Positions 18,580-27,046 of a stretch of 64,000 nt of DNA are shown here, piece after piece (the stretch's first letter is position 1; every line of letters begins with the position of its first letter). Position numbers and translations under genes: made by a program. The notes under the pieces are model-generated. The model searched no databases. It saw nothing but the letters and a program-made list of their open reading frames with translations, and was not told the DNA's origin. Origin of the DNA: Bacillota bacterium (lineage in GTDB: Bacteria > Bacillota > Limnochordia > Darwinibacteriales > Darwinibacteriaceae); assembly GCA_012520315.1 (NCBI GenBank), contig JAAYOM010000059.1, positions 25,316 through 89,315 on the forward strand. The letters are read 5' to 3'.

Positions 18580-19188
18580 CTACACCCTTTCGTAGTTCCA
18601 TAACTCGGATCGACTGGTTGAAACTGCCAAAACCGGAGGTTTTACAATTCGCTCCAGCTCATCCTTGGTTTCTACTAATCCTCCTGCAATCATGGGAGGC
18701 AGTTCGTGGGGGGAAAGGCGTTCCCGCACAGCAGGCAACACTAGAGCAGGCAAGATCTCAACTGCATCAGGCTGGCTGGATTGGATCATGCGCAGCCCTG
18801 TTTTCAATGCCTCAGAATCCAGCATGAACAGACGCTGAATGCCCAGCATACCCACTTTCTGCGCAGCTGTAACCAAGTATCCCTTGGTAGTCAGCACGCC
18901 GTCAATTCCCACCTCATTGGCTAATACCTCCATGCCTGGACCGTCTTTGGCAATTCCGCCAATCAGATCCACATGGGCAAAGAGCATTTGTCCCTGTTCT
19001 TTGCAGAGTTTGGCCAAACGTCTGAGTTCAAAGATATCACCGGTGAGATAGAAACAGACCTTAACTCCTGCCTCACGGGTGCGCAGAACCTCTTTTAAGC
19101 CCTTTAGCCCTGCAATAATGGGTTTTCTTGCTAAACCTTCCTTAAGGCTTTGCAGCCGCTTCTGGCGAACACTTCTATAATTAATCAT
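18580..19188 (-). CDS. glpP: glycerol-3-phosphate responsive antiterminator
   Basis: A G3P_antiterm pattern is visible (IIAGLK, HVDLIGGIAKD, IDGVLTTK, IQRLFMLDS, PDAVEILP). Confidence 0.8.
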   Translation of the reverse strand: MINYRSVRQKRLQSLKEGLARKPIIAGLKGLKEVLRTREAGVKVCFYLTGDIFELRRLAKLCKEQGQMLFAHVDLIGGIAKDGPGMEVLANEVGIDGVLTTKGYLVTAAQKVGMLGIQRLFMLDSEALKTGLRMIQSSQPDAVEILPALVLPAVRERLSPHELPPMIAGGLVETKDELERIVKPPVLAVSTSRSELWNYERV

Positions 19189-20683
19189 CGCTCACCCAAC
19201 TTTTGGCACTGGCAACTGCTTTATCCCAGCCTGCAGCAAGCCGCAAGCGCTGGGCCTGTCTCATCGCCGGCCGATAGACTTGATCAGCCTGCCAATACTT
19301 GCGAATTTCTTCTGGACTATCCCAAAAACCAACAGCCAGCCCCGCCAAGTAAGCAGCCCCAAGGGCAGTGGTCTCAAAGATACGGGGCCTTTGGACCTGG
19401 ATGTTAGTGAGATCAGCCAGAAACTGGCAGATGAAGTTGTTGACAGAGGCCCCTCCGTCCACCTTCAGCTCAGTGAGGGGAAGCTGTGCATCCGTTGCCA
19501 TGACATCTACTACATCTTTCGTCTGATAAACGATAGCTTCAAGGGTAGCTCTGGCTACATGGGCCTTAGTCACTCCTCTGGTAATGCCCATCATCATACC
19601 CCGCACATAGGGTTCCCAGTGGGGGGCTCCTAAGCCGACGAAACTAGGGACGAAATATACCCCATTGGTATCAGGCACAGATAAGGCCAGCTTTTCTGTA
19701 TCTGCTGCCCGTTCAATTAGTCCCAGTTCATCCCGGAGCCACTGGACCGCAGCCCCTGCCACAAACACACTGCCTTCCAAAGCATACTGGACTTTTCCGT
19801 CAACTCCCCAGGCAACCGTGGTTACCAGGCCATTATCTGAAGAGATGAGCTTTGAGCCTGTGTTCATCAGAATAAAGGCCCCTGTGCCAAAAGTTGCTTT
19901 AATAGTTCCAGGCTCAAAACAAGTCTGCCCAAACAGAGCTGCCTGCTGATCACCTGCTGCCCCGGCAATGGGTATACCTGCGGGGAGCTGTCCGAGCTTT
20001 ACCGTGTGCCCGTAGAGATCGCTTGAGGGAGCCACCTCAGGTAAAATCTCTTGAGGAATTTCCAGGGCATCCAAAAGGTCACAATCCCAAGTTAAATCTG
20101 CAATATTAAAGAGCAAAGTCCTGGAGGCATTACTGTAGTCGGTAATATGCCTTTGCCCTCCGGTAAGTTTGTAAATCAGCCAGGAATCAATTGTACCAAA
20201 TGCCAATTCTCCATTTTTTGCCCTCGCCAACAGTTCGGGGTGGTTGTCAAAAACCCATTTCAGCTTCGTTCCCGAAAAGTAGGCATCTAAAATCAGACCT
20301 GTCTTCTCTTTAAATAAAGGTTCTAAACCCTGTCTGCGCAGATCGTCGCAGATTCCAGCCGTTCTGCGGCACTGCCAGACAATGGCTCTGGTCACAGGCT
20401 CGCCTGTTTTGCGATCCCAGAGCACCATCGTCTCACGCTGATTAGTTACGCCAATGGCGGCCACATCTGCAGGATTCACTCCAGTTTCTTGAAAAATGCC
20501 ATCCAAAAGCTGTGTGGTACCAGCCCAGATCTCCAGGGCATCATGTTCCACCCAGCCTGGCTTGGGATAGTATTGGGTGAACTCCTGGTACACCTTCCCT
20601 ACAATTTCAGACTGATGATCAAAAAGAATGACTGTTGTCCCAGTCGTTCCTTGGTCGATTGCCAGCACATATTTACCGTGCAC
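19181..20683 (-). CDS. glpK: glycerol kinase
   Basis: The 500-aa FGGY kinase has AIDQGTTGTT, WPKPGWVEHD-like and GAAGDQQAALFGQ motifs. Confidence 0.95.
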   Translation of the reverse strand: MHGKYVLAIDQGTTGTTVILFDHQSEIVGKVYQEFTQYYPKPGWVEHDALEIWAGTTQLLDGIFQETGVNPADVAAIGVTNQRETMVLWDRKTGEPVTRAIVWQCRRTAGICDDLRRQGLEPLFKEKTGLILDAYFSGTKLKWVFDNHPELLARAKNGELAFGTIDSWLIYKLTGGQRHITDYSNASRTLLFNIADLTWDCDLLDALEIPQEILPEVAPSSDLYGHTVKLGQLPAGIPIAGAAGDQQAALFGQTCFEPGTIKATFGTGAFILMNTGSKLISSDNGLVTTVAWGVDGKVQYALEGSVFVAGAAVQWLRDELGLIERAADTEKLALSVPDTNGVYFVPSFVGLGAPHWEPYVRGMMMGITRGVTKAHVARATLEAIVYQTKDVVDVMATDAQLPLTELKVDGGASVNNFICQFLADLTNIQVQRPRIFETTALGAAYLAGLAVGFWDSPEEIRKYWQADQVYRPAMRQAQRLRLAAGWDKAVASAKSWVSDD

Positions 20684-20727
20684 CTTTAGACGCCTCCTTT
20701 TGCTACCCTAAATTCTGCAAAAGGAAC

Positions 20728-21291
20728 CTATTTCCTTCCAAACACACCTTCTTCAGAGACTAAGTGATCAACCGGGCGATCCCAAGGATCGACAGGCACA
20801 TCCCCTACAAAGGACTGATACACTAAGCCAACAGTTGCCGCAGGCGTCGATGCTAAAAAACGATCATAGTAGCCTCCCCCATAGCCAATCCGAAAGCCCT
20901 GATGTGAAAAGGCCAGACCGGGGACGATGACTAGATCAAGTTTTTCAGGTAGAATGGCGGGTGCTTCCGATCCAGGCTCCAGTATGCCGTAAACGGCTGG
21001 CGTCAAGGCCTCCCGGGATGTGTAGCGCCTCGCTGTTAGCCCCTTGGGATTGCTTTGCACTACTGGTACGTAGACTTCTTTGCCCTGACCGAGGGCATGT
21101 TCTACCAGGGACCAGGTATCTATTTCCCACCCAAAGGAGAGGTAGGTCATCAATTTATTGGCTTTTGTGTAGACTGGATGCTGCACAAGATGCTCGAAAA
21201 TGGCTTGGTTCCAGAGCTCCCGCTTACCCTTCGGCACTTGGCCCCTTTCCTTTTTGAGTTTTCTCCGTAAGTCACTCTTGCTCATGATCAT
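20728..21291 (-). CDS. 5-formyltetrahydrofolate cyclo-ligase
   Basis: The product is 187 aa and has the C-terminal motif VPGLAFSHQGFRIGYGGGYYDRFL. Confidence 0.8.
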   Translation of the reverse strand: MIMSKSDLRRKLKKERGQVPKGKRELWNQAIFEHLVQHPVYTKANKLMTYLSFGWEIDTWSLVEHALGQGKEVYVPVVQSNPKGLTARRYTSREALTPAVYGILEPGSEAPAILPEKLDLVIVPGLAFSHQGFRIGYGGGYYDRFLASTPAATVGLVYQSFVGDVPVDPWDRPVDHLVSEEGVFGRK

Positions 21292-22561
21292 TCACCGGCC
21301 TTATGATTGCTGTAGTGGATCGTTTCCAATCAAGCTGCTCTGTTAGGGCCTCTTGTACTTCCGCTGCGGTCACGCTCTGCAGAACATCCAGGAAGCTGTG
21401 ATAGGGGATCTTCCGGAAATAGCTGGAGATCAGGCGATTTGCACTGTACTCAAAGGAGTCATACGAAGCAAGGTGTGCTCCATAGAACTGTCTTTTCAGG
21501 CGTTCCACATCGCCCTCGGCCACTTTGCTCGCCTGCAGATCGTTAATTACCCCAGTTAAAGCTTCATGGAGCGCATCTGGGTCACGGGTTTCCGAGCCAA
21601 ACACCGAATAAGCATATCTGGGGTCTGCACTAAAATATGCCGAAAAAGAGTCTGTGATCAAGTCTTGCTCGTAAAGTTTTTCATAGTTCAAAGAGCTTCG
21701 CCCGGCAATCAGCCTCATGCCTAGAGACATGGCGATTTGCTGACGGAGAAGCTCCTTCCCTTCCCAGATCGGTTCGTGTTTGAAACCTAACAGATAGCGG
21801 GGCCGGGAAATAGGAAGCCTATCTTCCACCCAGCTTTGTTTAACTTCCCGCGGCTCTGTTGGATAAAAGCGTTCTATAGGCCCTGCCTCCTGCTCCCAGG
21901 CAGGATAGTTGTCCTCAATGAGCTGAAAAGTCTGCAGAGGGTCCACATCGCCGATCACCGCCAGCGCCATGTTTCCAGGCTGGTAAAAGGTGTTGTAGCA
22001 GCGCATCAGATCTTGAACAGTGGTCTGTTGCACTGATTCTTCTGTTCCGCCAATATCCAGCCTGATTGGGTGTTCGCTGTACATGTTTTCCAGCAGCAGG
22101 CTGTGAATTCTGTGGCTGGGATGATCTGCGTACATTTGCAGTTCTTGGATAATAATCCCCTTCTCTTTCTCTACGTTTTCCTCGGTTAAGAAGGGGTTGT
22201 TGACAAATTCCATCAGCAGGAGCAGGCAGTCTTCCCAGTTCTCTGTGGTCGAAAACAAGTAACTCGTTTGGGTATAACTTGTAAAGGCATTCACCGATGC
22301 GCCCCAGGCAGCAAAGCGCCCGAAAACATTGCCATCTTCTTCTTCAAAGAGCTTGTGCTCGAGGAAGTGGGCAATACCTGGCGGAACATCCACGGAGCCG
22401 GCACCGGGCACCCCAAATTTGGAGTCCAAAGAGCCGTAGTTCGTAGACAGCATTCCGTACGTTCTCAAAAATTGAGCCTTGGGGAGGACAAAACAGCATA
22501 GGCCGCTTGGCAGCGTCTTAGTATATACAGTTTCTCCTGTAGGGGTGCTAATTTTCTCCAT
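21272..22561 (-). CDS. M16 (pitrilysin) family zinc peptidase, catalytic-type subunit
   Basis: An intact inverted zinc motif HxxEH is present (GIAHFLEHKLFEE). Confidence 0.8.
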   Translation of the reverse strand: MEKISTPTGETVYTKTLPSGLCCFVLPKAQFLRTYGMLSTNYGSLDSKFGVPGAGSVDVPPGIAHFLEHKLFEEEDGNVFGRFAAWGASVNAFTSYTQTSYLFSTTENWEDCLLLLMEFVNNPFLTEENVEKEKGIIIQELQMYADHPSHRIHSLLLENMYSEHPIRLDIGGTEESVQQTTVQDLMRCYNTFYQPGNMALAVIGDVDPLQTFQLIEDNYPAWEQEAGPIERFYPTEPREVKQSWVEDRLPISRPRYLLGFKHEPIWEGKELLRQQIAMSLGMRLIAGRSSLNYEKLYEQDLITDSFSAYFSADPRYAYSVFGSETRDPDALHEALTGVINDLQASKVAEGDVERLKRQFYGAHLASYDSFEYSANRLISSYFRKIPYHSFLDVLQSVTAAEVQEALTEQLDWKRSTTAIIRPVNDHEQE

Positions 22562-23834
22562 GTCTGGCTCCTTCCTTTTGCTCGGGGCGAAGCAGATAGG
22601 TAGTATCGAGCTGGATTCCCTGCATCACTCGGACGCAGTCATCATGCCCTACCCTGCTGATAGCTTCTACGACTTGGTCAATCGAACGCAGTTCATCTTC
22701 GACAATGCCAATCACATTGCGATCGATTATGCCGGTGGGATTATCATGGATGCTGGTCATGGCACTAATCAGACCCCGTTTGGTCTGCTCCAGCTCCTCG
22801 TGGCTGATCTGCCCAGCTTGGATAGCCCTCACCTGTTCGTTGATGATCTCCGCCGCCTGCTCTCGCCTATCATCACTGATTCCTGCCGTAATCGTAAGCA
22901 GACCCTTACTGCCTTCAATGCTGGAACCCACAGAATATGCAAGGCTGGCCCTTTCGCGCACATTCATGAACAGCTTGGAATGGGGAAACCCGCCCAAAAC
23001 TCCGTTACCTACCAAGAGAGCATAGTAATCGTCATCACGATAGGTACGGTTTGTACGATAACCCATCACCAGGACAGTCTGGTTGAGATCCATAGTCTCC
23101 TCAACGACGTGCGCCTTGGCTACCCGGACCTGAACGGGCTTTTGCAGCTTGACACTCCGGTCAGCACTGGGGATGAGAGCCGCAAAGAGATTGGCCGCCT
23201 GATCAAGATTAGATCCAACGCAGAAAATGTCTAGGGGATGTTTCCACAAGAGATTCTGGTAATGGTCATAGACAGTTTTATTTTCCAGTTGCTGCAGAGT
23301 TTCTAAATCACCATATTTGTAAATCCTAAAAGGCTCTTCCGCGCACATGTGGGCTGTAAATCTGGCCAGGGCATAGGAACGCTTGTCATTGACCAGACCC
23401 TTTAAGTCCTGCTCAAGTGTGCGCTTTTCCTGCGTGAAATAAGAGTCGAGGAAGCGGTCACCTGGACCTTGAGGATTTGTGAAAATCTCCCAAAATGTCC
23501 TGAGGCTCCGTTCCAAAAGCTTCTCACCCTGGGGCAGCAGACTTGGATCAACCATTTGAAAGTAGAACTCAAGAATCTGCCTTTCGCCTACCTTCAAAAT
23601 GTCTGAACCGAACTCCGCCGCATAAAGATCTTCCGACTCTCGGGCAATATGCAATGTGGAAGGGAACTTCTGTGACCCCCGGCGCAGCAGGAGCGGCAAA
23701 AGAGCCGTGCTGGTCGCCTCCTTTTCCTTTAGATCCTGCTGGATAAAAACCTTGCAGGTCAAGGACTTAAACTTATCCGTTTCACAAAGGTGCAGACGTA
23801 CACCTTCGCTTAGTTCACACTGTGTGAATTTCAC
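22548..23834 (-). CDS. M16 family peptidase-like protein, non-catalytic type
   Basis: It has an M16 fold-type sequence but no HxxEH at the equivalent position (TSTALLPLLLRRGSQ). I placed the start at GTG 23834 (GGAGGAG 5 nt upstream), which forms a GTGA overlap with the addA stop. Confidence 0.75.
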   Translation of the reverse strand: MKFTQCELSEGVRLHLCETDKFKSLTCKVFIQQDLKEKEATSTALLPLLLRRGSQKFPSTLHIARESEDLYAAEFGSDILKVGERQILEFYFQMVDPSLLPQGEKLLERSLRTFWEIFTNPQGPGDRFLDSYFTQEKRTLEQDLKGLVNDKRSYALARFTAHMCAEEPFRIYKYGDLETLQQLENKTVYDHYQNLLWKHPLDIFCVGSNLDQAANLFAALIPSADRSVKLQKPVQVRVAKAHVVEETMDLNQTVLVMGYRTNRTYRDDDYYALLVGNGVLGGFPHSKLFMNVRERASLAYSVGSSIEGSKGLLTITAGISDDRREQAAEIINEQVRAIQAGQISHEELEQTKRGLISAMTSIHDNPTGIIDRNVIGIVEDELRSIDQVVEAISRVGHDDCVRVMQGIQLDTTYLLRPEQKEGARHGEN

Positions 23835-26800
23835 AATAACTCCTCCTTGGCCCATTCCATGTCAATACCTGTATTCTCCCCAAAAGAAGGAACATCATTA
23901 GAAGTTCTGCAATATGAGTTCTGCGGGCATAAACAACAGTCAGCCTTCACTGGAAAAGCCTGCATACCCTGCTCTGAACCTGCGATGATGTCTGCACAGG
24001 TTTTGGTCAGCCATTCTTCCGTTTGATCTACATCCAGCAGTCCATCCTCAAGGGTGTAGAGCCTGTTAGGAATCAGGAAGTACGCCTGGGAACTTAAGAC
24101 AGGCAAACCAAATTCCCTGGCCATAGCCCAGGCATAAAGGCGAAGCTGGACATCATAACTGGCACCGACTTCGGCCACTCTGTCCTGGGTGATCCAGTTT
24201 GATTTGAAGTCGATGATTTCAATACCTTGCTCGCCTATAAAAACCTGATCCACCAGACCATTTACATAAAAATCACCCGCGGGAACGATAAAGTCACGCT
24301 CTTGATAAACTCTCCCGCTTCCCGCCTGGACCCTCTGGAAGAACCCACTTTTCAAGTATGCTGTGATAACCTCTTCCAGCCCGGCTTTTTGCCGGCTGTC
24401 AAGTTCTACGCCTTCCATGGCCGCTGCCTGATCCAGCAGTTCCGGCAGTATACGGGGATCCTTGATTTGCTCTACCACCCTATGCACAATATTTCCGCGC
24501 TGGGTACCGCTTAACGTACCGCCGGATCCGGCTGTTCCTCCTTGGCCCTTAGCCTGCCTAAATTCAGGCACACCAAGGATGTAGCGGAGGTAATAGTAGC
24601 GAGGACAGCGGGCATAGTTCATCAAAGAGGTTACTGAAAAGGACACCTGATTATACTGGGGCACAAGGGGTTTGTAGTCTTGACGCTCCGGTTCAGCCAT
24701 CTCCTTGGCTGAAGACCTGATTTCAAGGCGAGGCAGCGTCCCTGTTTCTTCTTTGCAGAGATTGGGCGGAAGTAATTCCAGGCATGCCTGAAGCCACGAC
24801 CACCAGCTCTCTCTGGCGGTCTTACCATCCCGAGCGCACCAGTAAAACCTTTCTTCAGCCCGGGTCACCGCCACATACAGCAAACGTTTAGCTTCGCTGA
24901 TCTCTTCCTGCTTTTCGAGTTCTTTCAACTCTTCATAACTTGCCATGCCCCGGTAGGTTAAGCCAATCGCAGGATGATAGAGAATATCACCTCTCTGGCC
25001 TTGCACTACGCTGGCATTGGTATCAGGCAGAAACACTACCGGGAACTCCAAGCCTTTGGCGCCGTGAATAGTGCGCAACACCACCACATCGGCATGTTCT
25101 GCATCGAGGAGGGCCTCCCCTTCCTTTTGCCCCTCCTGTACCATGAGGCGGAGGAATCTCGCTTGTTCTGTAATTGTGTACACGTCTTTGGCGAAAAGAT
25201 CCCAGCTTTGTTCCAAAAACTTCTCGATATTTGCCACTTTTTGGGGCCCAAAGGGCAAACGCCAGGTCTTTTCTATATAGCGGGTCCGCCTAAGCAAGCT
25301 GGTAATAACCTCAGGTGCAGGTCCATGTTTGGCCTGCGATTTGAGAAACTCATAGTCTGCCTGTGATCTTTCACAAGCTGCCTGCTCGTCAGCACTCAGC
25401 CTGTCGGGGCGGCCCTGCCTGAGCCAGAATAAGCCTTCATCGGAAATCAGGTAGAAAGGAGAACGCAAAACGGCTAGATGGGCCACTTCGTCCTCAGGAT
25501 CTTCCAGCCAGCGGAAATAGTGCAGTACATCTTGGATTTCCTGTTTGGAATAGAAGCCGCGTCCACCTAAATTCACATAGGGGACCCCCGCTTCTTTGAG
25601 GGCTTTCTCGTAAATATGCACATTGGTCATGGCCCGGAACAAAATTGAGATGTGCTCATAGCGATATTCACCCCCGTCTACTAACTCCCGGATTTTGAGG
25701 GCGATCTGTTCTGCTTCCAGGGCCCTGGCCTCGTCAGAAAGCTTGTCTTGGGCAGGTGTACGCAAAATCGTCACGCAGGCTTCGCCAGCTTGTCCTTTCT
25801 TTGCCGCACTCTCTTCAAATCCTATGGCTTCACCTGCTAATAGTTCTCTAAAGAACGCATTGACAAAGCTGATTAATTCTGGACGGGAGCGAAAATTCTC
25901 CTCTAAAAAAACAGTCTCGCCGGCAGCTGCTATTTCGTCCTTAGTTTGTAGAAAAACGCCTACATCAGCGCCGCGAAAACGATAGATCGACTGTTTAGGA
26001 TCGCCAACCACAAAGAGTGTTGCTCCCCCGCTGACTAATGCGTCTACGATCTTTTTTTGCAGAGGGTTGGTATCTTGGAACTCATCCACACAAAGATGCT
26101 TAAAAGGATAATCGGCAAGTACACCAGGGTCTTGCAGCAGCTTGTAAGCTAAGTGCTCTAAGTCATTGTAATCTAAAACTCCCAAGAGCCTTTTCCGCTC
26201 ATCATAGAGCTGATGTACCCGCCCTAGGATCTCTCCAGCATAGGCTAAAATCACTCTGCCCCGCTGCTCCTTGATGTTTCCCTGGGCAGTTTCAATGAGT
26301 TCCCTGAGCTCCTGAGTTTGTTCGGCCAATTTGCCCCTGATTTTTTTAACTTGTTTCAGTAAGGCATCCAGCGCTTCCAGGCGCAGCTCATCATCGGGGA
26401 AACTTAAAAGATCAGCCAGGCTTGGCCATTCTTCTGCCAGCTCTGCTAAAACACGGGTCTGAACCTCAGTCGTAGGATCTAGGGCCAGCACCTGCTCCGC
26501 AGCGTGGCAGAGCTGAAAAAAGGGAAATTCAGCAGACTCGTCCTCTGCGAAGGGATAGTTGAAATCCAAGTCTCCTTGACCTGCCATTTTTTCATACAGC
26601 TGCAGGATCACAGCTACCACTTCAAAGGGACTGCCTAGCGCTTCAGGGGGTTCTGATTCTGCTACCACCTCTTCAATTATCTCGGTAAGGAGAACCCGCG
26701 TTTCCCACTCTTCCCCCACGCGGAAACGCGGATCAATCCTGGCCTGGAGAGGATGTTCCCTAATGATGCGCTGACAGAGGCTATGGATTGTTGAGATTTG

Positions 26801-27046
26801 GGCCTGCTCAAGGTTTTCGATTAAATCGGGCCGCTCGGCCCGTAGGCGATCCTTCATTTCTTGGGCTGCCTTTTTCGTAAAGGTAATGGCCGCTATTTCA
26901 TCTACTTGAACTCCTGCAGCAAGGAGGTGCAAGTAGCGTTCTACCAAAACTCGGGTCTTCCCTGAGCCTGCACCGGCTGTAACTGCCAAGGGACGGTCAA
27001 TAGTTGTAATAGCCTTCTTTTGGCTAGGCGTTGGATCAAAGGACAT
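23831..27046 (-). CDS. addA: ATP-dependent helicase/nuclease subunit A (UvrD-type SF1 helicase plus C-terminal PD-(D/E)XK nuclease)
   Basis: Walker A is TAGAGSGKT and VDEFQDTN is present. The C-terminal nuclease motif is GLVDQVF...IEIIDFKSN. The start ATG at 27046 overlaps the addB TAA stop by 1 nt, with AGGAGG upstream. Confidence 0.85.
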   Translation of the reverse strand: MSFDPTPSQKKAITTIDRPLAVTAGAGSGKTRVLVERYLHLLAAGVQVDEIAAITFTKKAAQEMKDRLRAERPDLIENLEQAQISTIHSLCQRIIREHPLQARIDPRFRVGEEWETRVLLTEIIEEVVAESEPPEALGSPFEVVAVILQLYEKMAGQGDLDFNYPFAEDESAEFPFFQLCHAAEQVLALDPTTEVQTRVLAELAEEWPSLADLLSFPDDELRLEALDALLKQVKKIRGKLAEQTQELRELIETAQGNIKEQRGRVILAYAGEILGRVHQLYDERKRLLGVLDYNDLEHLAYKLLQDPGVLADYPFKHLCVDEFQDTNPLQKKIVDALVSGGATLFVVGDPKQSIYRFRGADVGVFLQTKDEIAAAGETVFLEENFRSRPELISFVNAFFRELLAGEAIGFEESAAKKGQAGEACVTILRTPAQDKLSDEARALEAEQIALKIRELVDGGEYRYEHISILFRAMTNVHIYEKALKEAGVPYVNLGGRGFYSKQEIQDVLHYFRWLEDPEDEVAHLAVLRSPFYLISDEGLFWLRQGRPDRLSADEQAACERSQADYEFLKSQAKHGPAPEVITSLLRRTRYIEKTWRLPFGPQKVANIEKFLEQSWDLFAKDVYTITEQARFLRLMVQEGQKEGEALLDAEHADVVVLRTIHGAKGLEFPVVFLPDTNASVVQGQRGDILYHPAIGLTYRGMASYEELKELEKQEEISEAKRLLYVAVTRAEERFYWCARDGKTARESWWSWLQACLELLPPNLCKEETGTLPRLEIRSSAKEMAEPERQDYKPLVPQYNQVSFSVTSLMNYARCPRYYYLRYILGVPEFRQAKGQGGTAGSGGTLSGTQRGNIVHRVVEQIKDPRILPELLDQAAAMEGVELDSRQKAGLEEVITAYLKSGFFQRVQAGSGRVYQERDFIVPAGDFYVNGLVDQVFIGEQGIEIIDFKSNWITQDRVAEVGASYDVQLRLYAWAMAREFGLPVLSSQAYFLIPNRLYTLEDGLLDVDQTEEWLTKTCADIIAGSEQGMQAFPVKADCCLCPQNSYCRTSNDVPSFGENTGIDMEWAKEELL

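Noticed and set aside
22479-23234. 251-aa plus-strand ORF antisense to the M16 peptidase gene
   Set aside because: It lies entirely inside a well-supported minus-strand gene and has no RBS. Its sequence has no recognisable motif. Long antisense ORFs are expected in this codon-usage regime.
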